Source: Octopus bimaculoides
Lineage: Eukaryota
Direction of reading: 5' to 3'
DNA length: 64,000 bases
NCBI RefSeq assembly: GCF_001194135.2
Contig: NC_068986.1
Location: 51,588,353-51,652,352 of the forward strand
The first letter of the stretch is position 1, and every line of letters starts with the position of its first letter. Below, in pieces: positions 1 through 12,873 of this stretch. The notes beneath the pieces are model-generated. The model did no database searches. It was not told the DNA's origin and saw only the letters and a list, made by a program, of their open reading frames with translations. Both the position numbers and the translations under genes were made by a program.

Positions 1-862
1 GTTGGACAAAATAATGGAAACAACTTAAAATTTTAAACAAATTTATTTTAATATGGGATAGGACTGCCTTTGGCAGTAATCACAGCTTGAATTCTACGAG
101 GTATGGACTTCTACAAAGTTTGAATTGTTTCCAAAGGAATTTTTGTCCATTCTTCAGCTAAAACAGTCTCCAGTTCTTGTAGTGAAGATGGTGGAGGATA
201 TCGACTCCTAACTTGTTTTTCTAAAATGCACCATTAATGTTCAATAATATTGAGATCTGGGGACTGTGGTGGCCAGATAAGATGTTCAACTTCACTAGAA
301 TGTTCCTCGTGCCATTCAGTAACAACTTTAGCTGTGTGATTTGGTGCATTATCATCCTGAAAGATTGCGGTTCCCTCCACAAACAGTTCTGCAACCATAG
401 GATGAATTTTTTAGATAACATACTTAAATAGTCCTTGACTATTAATTCTGCCATGAAAGGAAACCATTCGGCTGGCAGATTTCCACGATATAGCCCCACC
501 AGATCATCACAGATCCTCCTCCATGTTTAACAGTTAGAAGAAGTCAGTCTGGGTCAAATGCTTCTTTTGGCTGTCTCCACATGTATACTCAGCCGGTAGT
601 CGGAAATAAGGTAAAGGATGACTCGTCTGAGAAAATAACATTCTTCCACTGCTCTCGGGACCAATTCTGTAGGTTTTTACTCCACTCTAAACGCATTGTA
701 ACATTTGTTTTTGAAAGTAGTGGTTTTCTGATTGCAGCACTCCTGTGAAATCCAGCTTCGTGCATCTCCTGGCAAACAGTTTTTGTGGAAACTGGGTTCT
801 CAAGGTGGTCATTAAGATCTGCAGTAATTTTGGGAGCTGTACTTTTGTGATCCTTTCTAACA
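1..862 (-). mobile_element. Tc1/mariner-superfamily (Tc1-type) transposon relic, 5'-truncated, inactive
   Basis: Minus-strand translation gives VIFSDESSF...FQDDNAPNHTAKVV...WPPQSPDLNIIEH*, then IPRRIQAVITAKGSPIPY with stop at 48-50. AATAAA follows at 42-47 and a TIR-like end GTTGGACAAAATAATGGAAACA is at 1-22. It contains premature stops and frameshifts. Confidence 0.9.
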
Positions 863-1884
863 TATATATATACATACATACATACATTATGTGTGTGTCT
901 GTGTATATTATTTTATTGTTTTACTTGTTTCAGTCATTTGACTGTGGTCATTAGAATTTGATAGGTGTAAAATTGTATATAATGCATAAAGCTGAGTTTA
1001 TACATTTATTTAAAGCAGAGGTTTTGCTCATTTACTTTTCAAACTTTCAGGTTATACAACAGAAGAAAGTCTTTGCTTTGAATAAACAAGTTTTGTGTGT
1101 GTGTAGTTGATCATTAAATCTGTACTTGTTCACGCAATACATCCATTTCTGCCAGTGTAATTAATTTATTATTGTCACCATCCTCATTATTGTTATTATT
1201 ATTACTCCTGTGTTACCAAGGAATAAAATGGTTTAACACCATTGCATAAACCAATTGTTAAGTTTAAACATTTTGTTGATACTTAAAACAGAAAAAAATC
1301 TAATTGCAACACTTCCAAGCATTGATATAAAGTAAATATTTAAATATCTAAGATGCGAAGATCTTAATAAGATTATACATTTTGAAACTATAAACCTGAT
1401 CTTTAGAGATGGAAACATTCTCTTATATTTACATATATGCTGAGATTTGATTGGTTTGATGTATCATCATTATCATGCATCTCAGATACAACCGGATGTG
1501 TACATGTGTCAGTTGCCTATTAGTTAAAACAGTTTTGGGCTCTGAGTTTAGAAACATAGGTTCCTGGTTTGAATTTAATTTGCTACCATGTGCACAAATG
1601 TAAATATCATAATATTTTTCACCTTAAGAGATTAAGTTAATAATTAGTTTTGATAATTAATATGTATAATTCTAAGCCTAGTGGTCATGGTAGTTGGATT
1701 ATGATTGTAAGGTTGAGGGTCTGGATCCCAAACTAGGTAACACATTGGGCTCTTAAGCAAAACACTTCATTTCACATATCTGCTCCAGTCCACTCAACTG
1801 GAAAGTGAATATCAGTCAAGTGCTGATGTAGCTTTCTCCACTCTCATTCCAGTTGTCACATCCTTAATATTCTTTGAAATGGTT

Positions 1885-2012
1885 AGCATTAAGAAAGGCA
1901 TCCAGCCATAGAAACCATGCTACAATAGGGAGTAGAGCACAGCATAGTCTTCTGCCTCGCAAGCTCCTGTCAAACCATCCAATTCATGCCAGCATGGAAA
2001 TCAGATGTCAAA
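1885..2012 (+). mobile_element. SINE/LINE-tail family D, 3' fragment
   Basis: GAAGGCATCCAGCCATAGAAACCATGC...CCATCCAATTCATGCCAGCATGGAAA...GATGTCAAATGAT matches the copies at 38268, 44025 and 62190. Confidence 0.75.
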
Positions 2013-2079
2013 TGATTATGATAGTCAAGAGTAGGCACCTAAAACAATTAGTGAAAGCAGAGCGTGTAGCGTAAAGACC

Positions 2080-2380
2080 CCTTTTGGTTATGAATGACCA
2101 TGGGATTGCACCTAGAAAGTTCCGCTCCAAGACAAAAGTCTGAGCAAGGTTGTTTATGGAAGACCAGCAGTTGCCCATGCGTACCAGCCTCCCTTCTCCA
2201 AAATAGCCAATGTTATCCAAGGGAAAGGTAAAGGTTGATACAGATTGGCACCAGTGACATCACAACTCATTTCAACAGTTGAATGAACTGGAGCTACGTG
2301 AAATAAGGGGTCTTGTTGAAGAACACGACTCACAGCCCAGTCCGGGAATCAAGCTCACTACCACATGATTGAGAGTCGTA
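2080..2380 (-). mobile_element. tRNA-head SINE (family H)
   Basis: B-box-like head at the right end (reverse complement of GGGAATCAAGC) and a TTATTTCACGTAGCTCCAGTTCATTC body resembling the copies near 1680-1830 and 35955-36230. Confidence 0.6.
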
Positions 2381-2822
2381 AATATTCACCATTTTTTTTT
2401 TAATCTATATAAATCTAAAGTAGTAGAGATATATGAGTAGATATGCTAACAAAAAAACCTTCAAACTGTCACTCAGCTTGGCAGTAAGAACAGCTTTATC
2501 TCTCTCAAATCACACCTTTTTATCTATGATTGCTTATGGAGTCCTACATATTTCTAAAACAACTGGATGGTCATGAATGGAGTGCCTTGATTGTCAAAGA
2601 TGATCGAGGTTTAACAACAAAACAAGTAAAATAATGGCTTCCTCTTTTACTCCACGTGAGAGTGATGGTAAGATTTTACAACTGCTTTCTTTTTAAATTA
2701 TATATATATATATATATATATTCATACAGACAGGGTAAAAATTAATAATTAATTTGTAATTACTAATTTCACCAAGTAGTTAGGTGTGTTAAAACCATTA
2801 TTGGTAAATTCATATAAACATA

Positions 2823-2961
2823 ATTAAAATTTAAGGTTCAGCAGGCATTGCTTCACCACACACCGAAAATTAGAAATAGCAGCCAAAACTACTATTTCTC
2901 TACCATTTCTCTAATTTTCGATGTGTGGTGAAGCAATGCCTGCTGAACCCTAAATTTTAAT
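2823..2961. repeat. Inverted repeat, 52-bp arms, abutting a gap
   Basis: 2823-2874 is the reverse complement of 2910-2961 with 2 mismatches. Confidence 0.85.
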
Positions 2962-3340
2962 NNNNNNNNNNNNNNNNNNNNNNNNNNNNNNNNNNNNNNN
3001 NNNNNNNNNNNNNNNNNNNNNNNNNNNNNNNNNNNNNNNNNNNNNNNNNNNNNNNNNNNNNNNNNNNNNNNNNNNNNNNNNNNNNNNNNNNNNNNNNNNN
3101 NNNNNNNNNNNNNNNNNNNNNNNNNNNNNNNNNNNNNNNNNNNNNNNNNNNNNNNNNNNNNNNNNNNNNNNNNNNNNNNNNNNNNNNNNNNNNNNNNNNN
3201 NNNNNNNNNNNNNNNNNNNNNNNNNNNNNNNNNNNNNNNNNNNNNNNNNNNNNNNNNNNNNNNNNNNNNNNNNNNNNNNNNNNNNNNNNNNNNNNNNNNN
3301 NNNNNNNNNNNNNNNNNNNNNNNNNNNNNNNNNNNNNNNN
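2962..3340. other. Assembly gap
   Basis: N run. Confidence 1.
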
Positions 3341-5159
3341 NTTTTTTTTTTTTTTTTTTTTTTTTTTGTGCTTCTAACCAGATATCTGTTTGATCAGAAA
3401 TAGCCTCAGGTTACTTGGCAACACCCAACCACATGCTTTCCTCACCAATCCACCCCATTCTATCTTAAGATATAAATGAGTTAGCATTTCAAAATTGTCA
3501 TTGATTTTGACCCAGATCTAAACAATGTTAACTGAATCAAATAACACTACACTAGATCTATCTTTTATTTTGTCCCAGTCACTGGACAATGGCCATGATG
3601 GGCTACAATCCAAACCTTTAGTTGAACACCTCTGTACTTATGTTCTTTTCTAAGTCTGGTATTTAGACTGTCTCTTTTTTGTTGACTCATGAAGTCAGAG
3701 GAACATAAACAAACTAACACCAGTTGACAAGCAGTGGGGGTATGACAAATACAGACACAAAGACACACACACACACACACACATCAACATTTAGGAGCTG
3801 CATTGTGCTCCACGTCACCTTTGGCATGGTTTCTGTAACTGGACATCCTGCCTAACACCAACCACTTTAATGTGTGTACTGGGTGCTTTTTTGTTCATGC
3901 TGCCAGAAATAGCGAGGTTGCCAAATAACTTTCAAGTCAAATAAGAACAAAAGGCTTCCACACAGTTTCCATCAACTAAATTCGCTTACAAAGCATTGGT
4001 AGGCCCAAGGCATCGGTACAAAACACTTGCGCAAAGTGCTGTGTAGTGGAACTGAAGCAAAGATTAAATGGTTCCAAAGCAAGTTTCTAAACAACACTGT
4101 CACATATTTGTAGTGCAGGACCTATGTACAATCATTCTATGCTATAGGAACTTCAGAACCAATTGAAATTTAAATAAATATTCAATCCAGTATTGTTACA
4201 GTCAAGGCACCCCTGTAACCAGACATCCTCCTCATAGAACACACACACATACACTCTTCTGCCAATATTGAACTGTAATATATGCTGAGATTTTTCCAAT
4301 TATCAATCTCTAAACAATATTTTGACGTAATTTTCAACCCACAATAAATTACAATACATACAATTGATATGAGAGTTGTCTATTCAGTCAGAAATTTTAA
4401 TGGTTTTTAAAGTGTTTAATAAATTAAACAAACATACAGAAAAAGAAACAAAAGAGAAACAAAGACAAAGGAAAATCTAATCACTGTCACTTCATCTTCA
4501 AGATATGTAAAACCATTCTTTAAAGTCAGCAACATTAGGATTTTTCAATTTGTTTTTCCAATGGATGATAGCAACAAGTTCAATTATGTAATTATTTATA
4601 TTTATTTTCTATGTGTTTGTTTACAATTAAATGCAAACTAAGACTAGTTATATCCCTATTAGGCTTACCTGCACTAAAACAGAATCTGAAGCAATCAGAT
4701 GCATTAAAATTATTTGCTTCTATGCATAAAATATTATGATGTTGCTTAAAAGATGTCAACTTATAATAAGTCAGCTAAAACAGAATGAATTATACTTCAA
4801 CAACAACAACAACACTACTTTCACCAGCATCACAAAAATTGATAATGATAAATTCTACAAAGCTATAAGTTTTTCTATAATAAATCATAAATAATATTTT
4901 CTTGCAGGAAATGAATCCAAACGTAAATCCAAATAACATGTGCACATGTAATGCACAGACAGCAAAATATTAAATCATTGCACATCTACATATAAAAAAG
5001 AAAGTTTAATTAACAAGAGTCTTTCTTTATTTATACTGAAAGCTACCAGGTTAACAAAGTTACACCAAGTCTTTCTAAAGGGCAGAATGCTATGCATAAT
5101 AGTATGAGAAAATCTCAGAATTCAATGGTTATTTCATATTACAACTTCAATAATTATAA

Positions 5160-5606
5160 TAATCCTTTCTATTATAGGCACAAAGCCTGAAATTTGGTAG
5201 AGAGGGATAGTTACGCAACTGGTACTTAATTCGACCCCGAAAAGATGAAAGGCAAAGTTGACTTCCGGAGAATTTGAACTCAGAACATAGCAACAGACGA
5301 AATACTGCTAAGCATTTCTCCTGGCATGCTAATGGTTCTGCCAGGTCATCGCCTTAATATTAATAATAATAATAATAATCATCAACCTCGAAAGGATGAA
5401 AGGCAAAGTTGACCTTGGCAGGATTTGAACTCAGAACATAAAGAATCACAAAAAATGCCATTAATGATTTTGTCTGGAATGTTAATGATTCTGCCAACTC
5501 ACTGTCGTCATCATCATAATAATAATAATAATGATTTCAAATTTTGGTATAAGGCCAGCAATTTTGGGGGAGGGGTTTAGTCGATTACATTGACCCCCCC
5601 CCCCCN
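5160..5606 (-). mobile_element. Cluster of partial tRNA-head SINE family C copies
   Basis: Repeated GATGAAAGGCAAAGTTGAC...GAATTTGAACTCAGAACAT motifs at about 5245-5290 and 5395-5440, plus a family tail at 5530-5600. Confidence 0.8.
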
Positions 5607-6564
5607 NNNNNNNNNNNNNNNNNNNNNNNNNNNNNNNNNNNNNNNNNNNNNNNNNNNNNNNNNNNNNNNNNNNNNNNNNNNNNNNNNNNNNNNNNNNNNN
5701 NNNNNNNNNNNNNNNNNNNNNNNNNNNNNNNNNNNNNNNNNNNNNNNNNNNNNNNNNNNNNNNNNNNNNNNNNNNNNNNNNNNNNNNNNNNNNNNNNNNN
5801 NNNNNNNNNNNNNNNNNNNNNNNNNNNNNNNNNNNNNNNNNNNNNNNNNNNNNNNNNNNNNNNNNNNNNNNNNNNNNNNNNNNNNNNNNNNNNNNNNNNN
5901 NNNNNNNNNNNNNNNNNNNNNNNNNNNNNNNNNNNNNNNNNNNNNNNNNNNNNNNNNNNNNNNNNNNNNNNNNNNNNNNNNNNNNNNNNNNNNNNNNNNN
6001 NNNNNNNNNNNNNNNNNNNNNNNNNNNNNNNNNNNNNNNNNNNNNNNNNNNNNNNNNNNNNNNNNNNNNNNNNNNNNNNNNNNNNNNNNNNNNNNNNNNN
6101 NNNNNNNNNNNNNNNNNNNNNNNNNNNNNNNNNNNNNNNNNNNNNNNNNNNNNNNNNNNNNNNNNNNNNNNNNNNNNNNNNNNNNNNNNNNNNNNNNNNN
6201 NNNNNNNNNNNNNNNNNNNNNNNNNNNNNNNNNNNNNNNNNNNNNNNNNNNNNNNNNNNNNNNNNNNNNNNNNNNNNNNNNNNNNNNNNNNNNNNNNNNN
6301 NNNNNNNNNNNNNNNNNNNNNNNNNNNNNNNNNNNNNNNNNNNNNNNNNNNNNNNNNNNNNNNNNNNNNNNNNNNNNNNNNNNNNNNNNNNNNNNNNNNN
6401 NNNNNNNNNNNNNNNNNNNNNNNNNNNNNNNNNNNNNNNNNNNNNNNNNNNNNNNNNNNNNNNNNNNNNNNNNNNNNNNNNNNNNNNNNNNNNNNNNNNN
6501 NNNNNNNNNNNNNNNNNNNNNNNNNNNNNNNNNNNNNNNNNNNNNNNNNNNNNNNNNNNNNNNN
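5607..6564. other. Assembly gap
   Basis: N run. Confidence 1.
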
Positions 6565-6602
<38 letters not shown>

Positions 6603-6819
6603 ACCACATATTCAACAAAATAAATCAAACAACAGAGAATTAATCATCAGATATGATAGGAAACAATGAAAATATCAAGATACATATTGTGGGATATAAA
6701 CAATATGGACCCACAACAGGGAAATGACTGGTTGATACTAATATAACATTGCAATTTCTTGCCTAATTTTAAGTTGTCTTCATATGATAATTATATGTTA
6801 ATAAAATTCAGCTTGCTTT

Positions 6820-7212
6820 TTTTTCATCTTTTACTTGATTTAGTCGTTAGGTTACAGCCATGCTGGGGCAGTGCCTTTAAGAACTTTTAGTCAAATAAAT
6901 CAACCTCAGTGCTTCTTTACTTATTCTCTTTTGGGCCTCGTACTCATTGTATCAGTCTGTTTGTCGAACCACAAAGTTACAGGACGTAAACATACCAACA
7001 CTGGTTGTCAAGCAGTGGTGGGGATAAACACAGACATGAAGACAGAAGCATATGATGGGCTTCTTTCAGTTTCCATCTATCACATCCACTCACAAGTCTT
7101 TGGTTGACCTGAAGCTATAGTGGAAGGCACTTGCCCAAGGTACCATGCAGTGAAGACTGAACTCAGAACCAAGTGGTTGGGAAGCAAACTTCTATCCACA
7201 CAGCCATGCCTG
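6820..7212 (-). mobile_element. Composite SINE (A head + B tail)
   Basis: TTACTTG.TT.AGTC...GCCATGCTGG.GCA.TGCCTT tail followed by GGGCTTCTTTCAGTTTCC...CACTTGCCCAAGGT.CCA...GAACC head, as at 26420, 28375 and 60595. Confidence 0.8.
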
Positions 7213-8846
7213 AACCTATTAGCATTTCTTTTTTCTTTTTCTTTTTTTTTTTTTGAGAGAGAGAGAGAGAGAAGACATTTTAACAGGTCTTAAAAAATTT
7301 TTTTTTTTAATCAGTTTTCCTCACCTTGCATGATCTAGAAAATTGTTAGCCTGAATAATCAGGAACAGGTATTTTTCACAGCATGACCACTGCAATGATC
7401 AAAGAACCATCAAGTAGGAAACCAAGTATAAATTTGTTTCATTTTGTTTTTTTCCTTCACTTGTGCTAAACAGTGAGGTTGTTGAACTCCTGTGTATCAG
7501 TAATTGGCATGACTTTGTATCTATGACAACATTTCCTTTCATGGCTACTGCATGGGTTACACATGCATACAAACACATATTTACCCTCTCTTTCACACAC
7601 ACACACGCACTAAAAGGTAACAACTATTTAAAAATAGGTTTACCACACAGAAGGTGCTAAATATCAATGTTGCATGACAAAAATCAAATCATGTATTATA
7701 CAAGGTGTTTCTTAGCTGCACACTTTTCTTCTGCTTACCCCTCAAAATTAAGACAGGATGATCAAAGTTGATACATCTTTAACCCATTACCTACCAGTGA
7801 TCTCATATGAGATCACTTAAAAATTACAAATTTCGTTATTATCTGTCAATATTTACACATATCTAACCTTTTTGCTATATCTACTAGGTATATTTCTCCG
7901 ATATTCAAATGAGGTTTGCTAATTTTTCACCCAATATCTCGCTTATTTCTATTTAGAATGTTATTTTGAAATGTTATTTTGATCATTCCAGCATGTTTCT
8001 AAGGCTGTTTTATGCTAGAAATCAAAGTTTCATAAAAAAAATTCCAGTTAATAGAATTATGGGAGGTAATGGGTTAATCATATACCTACCCAGCCAGGGG
8101 CTAATTTTACACTATGAGGCATGCAAAGCATCATAAGTATCTAAATTGAAACAACACAAAAATCAACATTTTAAAACTGAGTCACTGAGAGAACTTCTAC
8201 ATGGTCACTTGATCTGCTATTACTAGCAGCTAAATCACTCAAAATTGCACTGTAAAATCTTAGAAGAGGAGGTATGCATTATACAAGGTGTTTCCTGGAT
8301 GCACACTACTCTGCTCACTGCTCTAAACTTGCACAGAATGGTCAAAGTTGGAACATCTTTAATCATAACCCTGCTCAGTCAGGAGCTGACTGAAGCCTAA
8401 ACAATTTCAACAACATTTATTGATTTGCGATTTAAAAAAAAAAAAAGCAATATGAATGTAATCATGTAATACTTAAATGACAGTTTACATACAAACACAT
8501 GGTTTTAAGTTCAGTCCTACTGCATGGCTGTTTGTGCAAGTGTCTTTTTCTATAGTCTCAGGCTGACCACAGACTGTGAGTGAATTTAGTAGAGAGAAAC
8601 TGGAAGAAGCCTATTGCGCATATATATATATATGTGTGTATGTGTTTTGGCATGTTTTTTTATGACTGGATGCCCTTCCTAATGCCAATCACTTTACAGA
8701 GTGGACTGAGGGTTATTTACATGACACCAGCACTGGTGAGGGGCCAAAACAGACAGTGTTGCCTAGTGCAGTCTTTTGGCTTGCCAGTGCTTATCAAACT
8801 GTCCAACCCATGGAAAACAGACAGTAAATGATGATGATAATATATA

Positions 8847-8878
<32 letters not shown>

Positions 8879-9729
8879 ATGCATTTGTGTCTTCCTGTCT
8901 CTCTCTATCTCTATCTCTCTTTCTCTCTCTCTCTTTCTCTCTCTCTCTCTTCTTTCCTTATCTTGACATTAAGTGATCATTGTAAATCACCATCACTGTC
9001 ATGCAAGTGATGTTCATTTATATTCCATGGTGAAATATTATCTTGCTTAGAAACAAGTGAAGGTTGGCAACAGGAAGTGCATCCAACTGTAGAAAAATCT
9101 TCCACAATAATTTTTTTTTTGACACATGCAAATATGGGTAAGTGCATGTTAAGTAATGATGATGCACAATATTATACACAGACGTGTATATTAACATTCA
9201 TTTCAAGGTGAAGGTTAACTTGGCCACTATCCTGATTTTTCTTGCTTTATACTTTGAAGTTTGTTCATGCAAAATTCATACCATCAACGCATGTCACAGA
9301 ATAAATTTTTGAGGCTTCAAATAATGAAAAATATCATTATTCATCTTTAAGTCTCAACAAATGTACAAAGTGAGAAACTAGGACTAACAACAAAGGCCGA
9401 TCATTAGTTTGAAATGTAGGTGTGTGTGTGCATGTGAGTGAGTGTTTGTGTAGGTGACATCACACTACTTAAATAAATATATTAGTTCTACGATATGTTT
9501 TGAATGCCGTTTTTCTCATGTTTGTAAACAAAAACACATATCTATGTATATTTATCAATCCCCACACTGTCTGTCTGTATGTCTGTGTATAGGTATGTAT
9601 GTACATATACATTAAACACATGCACATATATAAAAGTTGCATGACTATTGACAAAGAGAAAAAAAGTTGGTAAGATTACACTCATACTCACAGCATATGT
9701 GAGTATGAATGAAACTTTTCAATACACAA

Positions 9730-9770
<41 letters not shown>

Positions 9771-10320
9771 CATGTAGAGCAGAGTTTTTATGTGTCAAAA
9801 TATGCAAACAAAATATTACTTTCTGATAATTATAATGCATTTACTACAAGAAAAATGTTACTATTTTAAATCAGAAATTTACGCTGATTGGTTTAATGCA
9901 CTAACAACCCTGGCCCACCTTCAAAATTGATTGAAGAAACAGCAACTGACACAGTTTTTTTCTTTGTTTGTTTTGATTTTTTTTTTTTAACATACATTAA
10001 TAACTTCTATTTTTGACTTTTATTTTTCATTGGATATAAATCACAGGAAGCTAAAAGTAAAAAATCTATATGGATTTAATTAGGATTATCCTAGAAAACT
10101 GTATCTAACACTTTAAGTATATATTTCACAAATTAATAATAAATTAAGATCTTCTTATTAAAATAATCACCTTTAGTCCGAGTGATTGAGTGACTGGCAC
10201 ATAACATTTGAACCAATTTTACATCAGGTCTTTCTCCAGTCAGCTTTTCAGAAAGCAGCTGTTGCCACGTTGATATTCCAACGGGCATATCATTATCAAT
10301 ATCATCAATATTATCACCAC

Positions 10321-10353
<33 letters not shown>

Positions 10354-11140
10354 CATCATCATCATCTTCAGCAACAACATCAATATATTTATTCACTTAG
10401 TCTTATTTCAATACGTATTTGCTTTGCCAAGACAACACGGTAAACATAATGTGGTTTCCACAAAAATTATAAGATTTACATACCTAACGCATAATAGGAT
10501 TACAACATTGATAAAGATGAAAGGAAAAACAAACATATTTAAAGATTTTTTTGGTTGTTTGTTTTTAGTTTAAAACCAACTGAAGTGTATACTACAGTTT
10601 AATTTCTATACATATCATGCATGGAAAGAAAATGGTTCGAAAATAGCAAGGGACACTAAAGTTTCTTTCCAGTTGAAAACAAGAGTAGCTATAAATTATT
10701 TACTTAATGTTAAAGCCTTACTCACTAAATTTCTAGTGAACTACATTGCCTATGTGTACGTATGGCAATTAAATTCTAATAAAGACCGCTTGCTGTATAA
10801 CCACGCACTTCTGAATTCCATCCCACTGCATGTCACTTTGGGCTAGTGTCTTTCTTCTACTATAGCCCTATAGCCCCAGGCTAACCAAAACCTTGTTAGT
10901 GGATTGGTAGATGGAAACTGAAACAAGTCCATTACATGTGTATGTTATATATATATGTGTGTGTGTGTCTGTGTGTGTGTGTATTTACATAAAGATAGTT
11001 ATGGCTGGTGTATGGAGTTACTCAGAGTTTTGAATCTGTAAAGCACTTAGCTTTAAAGTATCTCAGACCAGTCCCAGAGGTAAATACGTTGCTGCTTTAT
11101 AATTTAGGGTGTGCTTCTCTTTTGGATTTATGATTTACTG

Positions 11141-11142
<2 letters not shown>

Positions 11143-11200
<58 letters not shown>

Positions 11201-11427
11201 TGTATACATACATATATACACACATATATACATACATATATATACACACATATATACACACACATATATACACATATATACACACATATACATATGTATA
11301 TACATACATATATATACATACACACACACACACACACACGTATATACATACATATATATACATACACACACACACGTATATACATACATATATATACATA
11401 TATACACACACACACACACGTATATAC

Positions 11428-11482
<55 letters not shown>

Positions 11483-11490
11483 TGTATATA
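11143..11490. repeat. Compound (TA)n/(CA)n/(TACA)n microsatellite
   Basis: Directly visible; source of the YI/HT-rich ORFs at 11097-11559. Confidence 0.95.
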
Positions 11491-12545
11491 GTCAATCCTA
11501 ACATGAACAAGCAAGAAAAAATACGAAAAAACAATAACACGATTGTATATATATATTAGATCCTGTTCAAAACGGGGGCACCAGTTTTCATTTATGTTTT
11601 ATGTAGTGTTTTTGGTACCGAAAGACTTTCAAACTTCATATACTTATCTATTTTGTGTTATAGAACAGAAAAAAATTTTTGTATTTCATGTAAAAAATTG
11701 TCTTATTTCGATAATTTCAACCAATCACTGACAAGTATTCAGCTGTTTACAGTTACTCCTAAGCGGTGTAAAGCGTATTTAATCTCCATTACTTCTGACA
11801 TTTTGCAGAGAGGCAACACACGTGTTCGTTTTCCCTAACCCTAATTGACTTGCTCCTTCCCTCAAAAACCAGGCCTTGTGCCTATAATAGAAAGGTTTAT
11901 TAGCTTCTGCCAATATGCTTCAGCCATTTTTTGACAAGGAAATAATAATTTTATCAATGACAGAACCTTTAAAATGGTTTAACACCAATTAGAGTTAAAA
12001 CACAAAGTTCTACACCTCCCTCGGGCACATTTTACAACTCAAAAACAGCATACACCAATAGGCAAGTCCGCACCAGTTAGGTATATACAAGAGTGAAAAC
12101 AGGCACCCAGCAGGTAAAACATGTAAAATTTAATTCCGCTCACCATGTCCAAAAGTTCACAAAACACATGGGTCAAAAGACAAATACAGCACCCAGCAGG
12201 TATTAATCGGTAAAGTCAAATTCACGAAAAACACGTACAATACCTATGGCCATTTTGGGGGTACACCACTGTATTCCAAACACAATAGAGTGCAAACTGG
12301 TGATGACCCCCTTGTCAGGGTAAATTTACTTACAAATGTCACGACATGCACAAAGGGAAAAAATAATTTTTATATAAGAGCAAATTTATATAGTCAATAT
12401 GGACCAGCCTTAGACAAGCCTATGCAAATAATGGAAAGATTAAAAAAACAAAAAAGTGCCATTTTAGAATAGTCAAACAGGCTGCAGTATCAAAACCAAT
12501 CTTCGAGGTTTCAAATCATCCTAACACAAACTATTACACTTGTTA

Positions 12546-12873
12546 TTATCTATTGTTTATATATTTATTTTTATTTCTATACAGTTTCAAGAAGGTGGAG
12601 GAAAACTTATGGTTGCAGAAGGGGATTACTTTGGTGAACTTATTTAAGGTTTTTGGTCCAAAAGACCTGAGTATTTCAAGGGATTCCCTAATACATAATG
12701 AACATTTACTAATATTTGCTTTAAAGTAGGGGGCTCTCGATATAATAGACCATTCAAGAGAGTACTTTATATTTTTCTTCTTGAGGTCATGCAAATAAGA
12801 GGCGAGTGTGGTAGAGTTACAGTATTTTTCAATTGAAAACAAACTCATATGCGCTCTATATCTAGCCTTACAT
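12546..12873 (-). mobile_element. Penelope-like retroelement C-terminal coding relic (GIY-YIG endonuclease region)
   Basis: KARYRAHMSLFSIEKYCNSTTLASYLHDLKKKNIKYSLEWSIISRAPYFKANISKCSLCIRESLEIL...CNHK follows the pattern I recall for PLE C-termini (RY..H...F...KY.NST.L..Y...LK, W.I, CxLC..E, C.H). An apparently non-coding 3' region continues to about 11900. Confidence 0.8.

Noticed and set aside
2634-2667. Possible first exon MASSFTPRESD with G|GTAAGA donor
   Set aside because: It sits directly after a repeat tail, has no promoter evidence or linked downstream exon, and is short enough to be chance.
5482-6628. Long ORFs of 336-378 aa (also 20678-21025, 24245-24808, 37537-38076)
   Set aside because: They consist of X residues translated from N gaps.
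11097-11559. YI/HT/VC-rich ORFs (also 31144-31619, 23049-23375, 28941-29418)
   Set aside because: They are translations of dinucleotide microsatellites.
11833-11844. CCCTAACCCTAA telomeric repeat
   Set aside because: Only two units, at the end of an interspersed repeat; not an interstitial telomere array.
12295-12340. Hammerhead-like GTGATGA CCC...GGG TAAA on the plus strand
   Set aside because: The core is broken at two positions, there is no helix I or III, and it is on the opposite strand to the PLE ORF.
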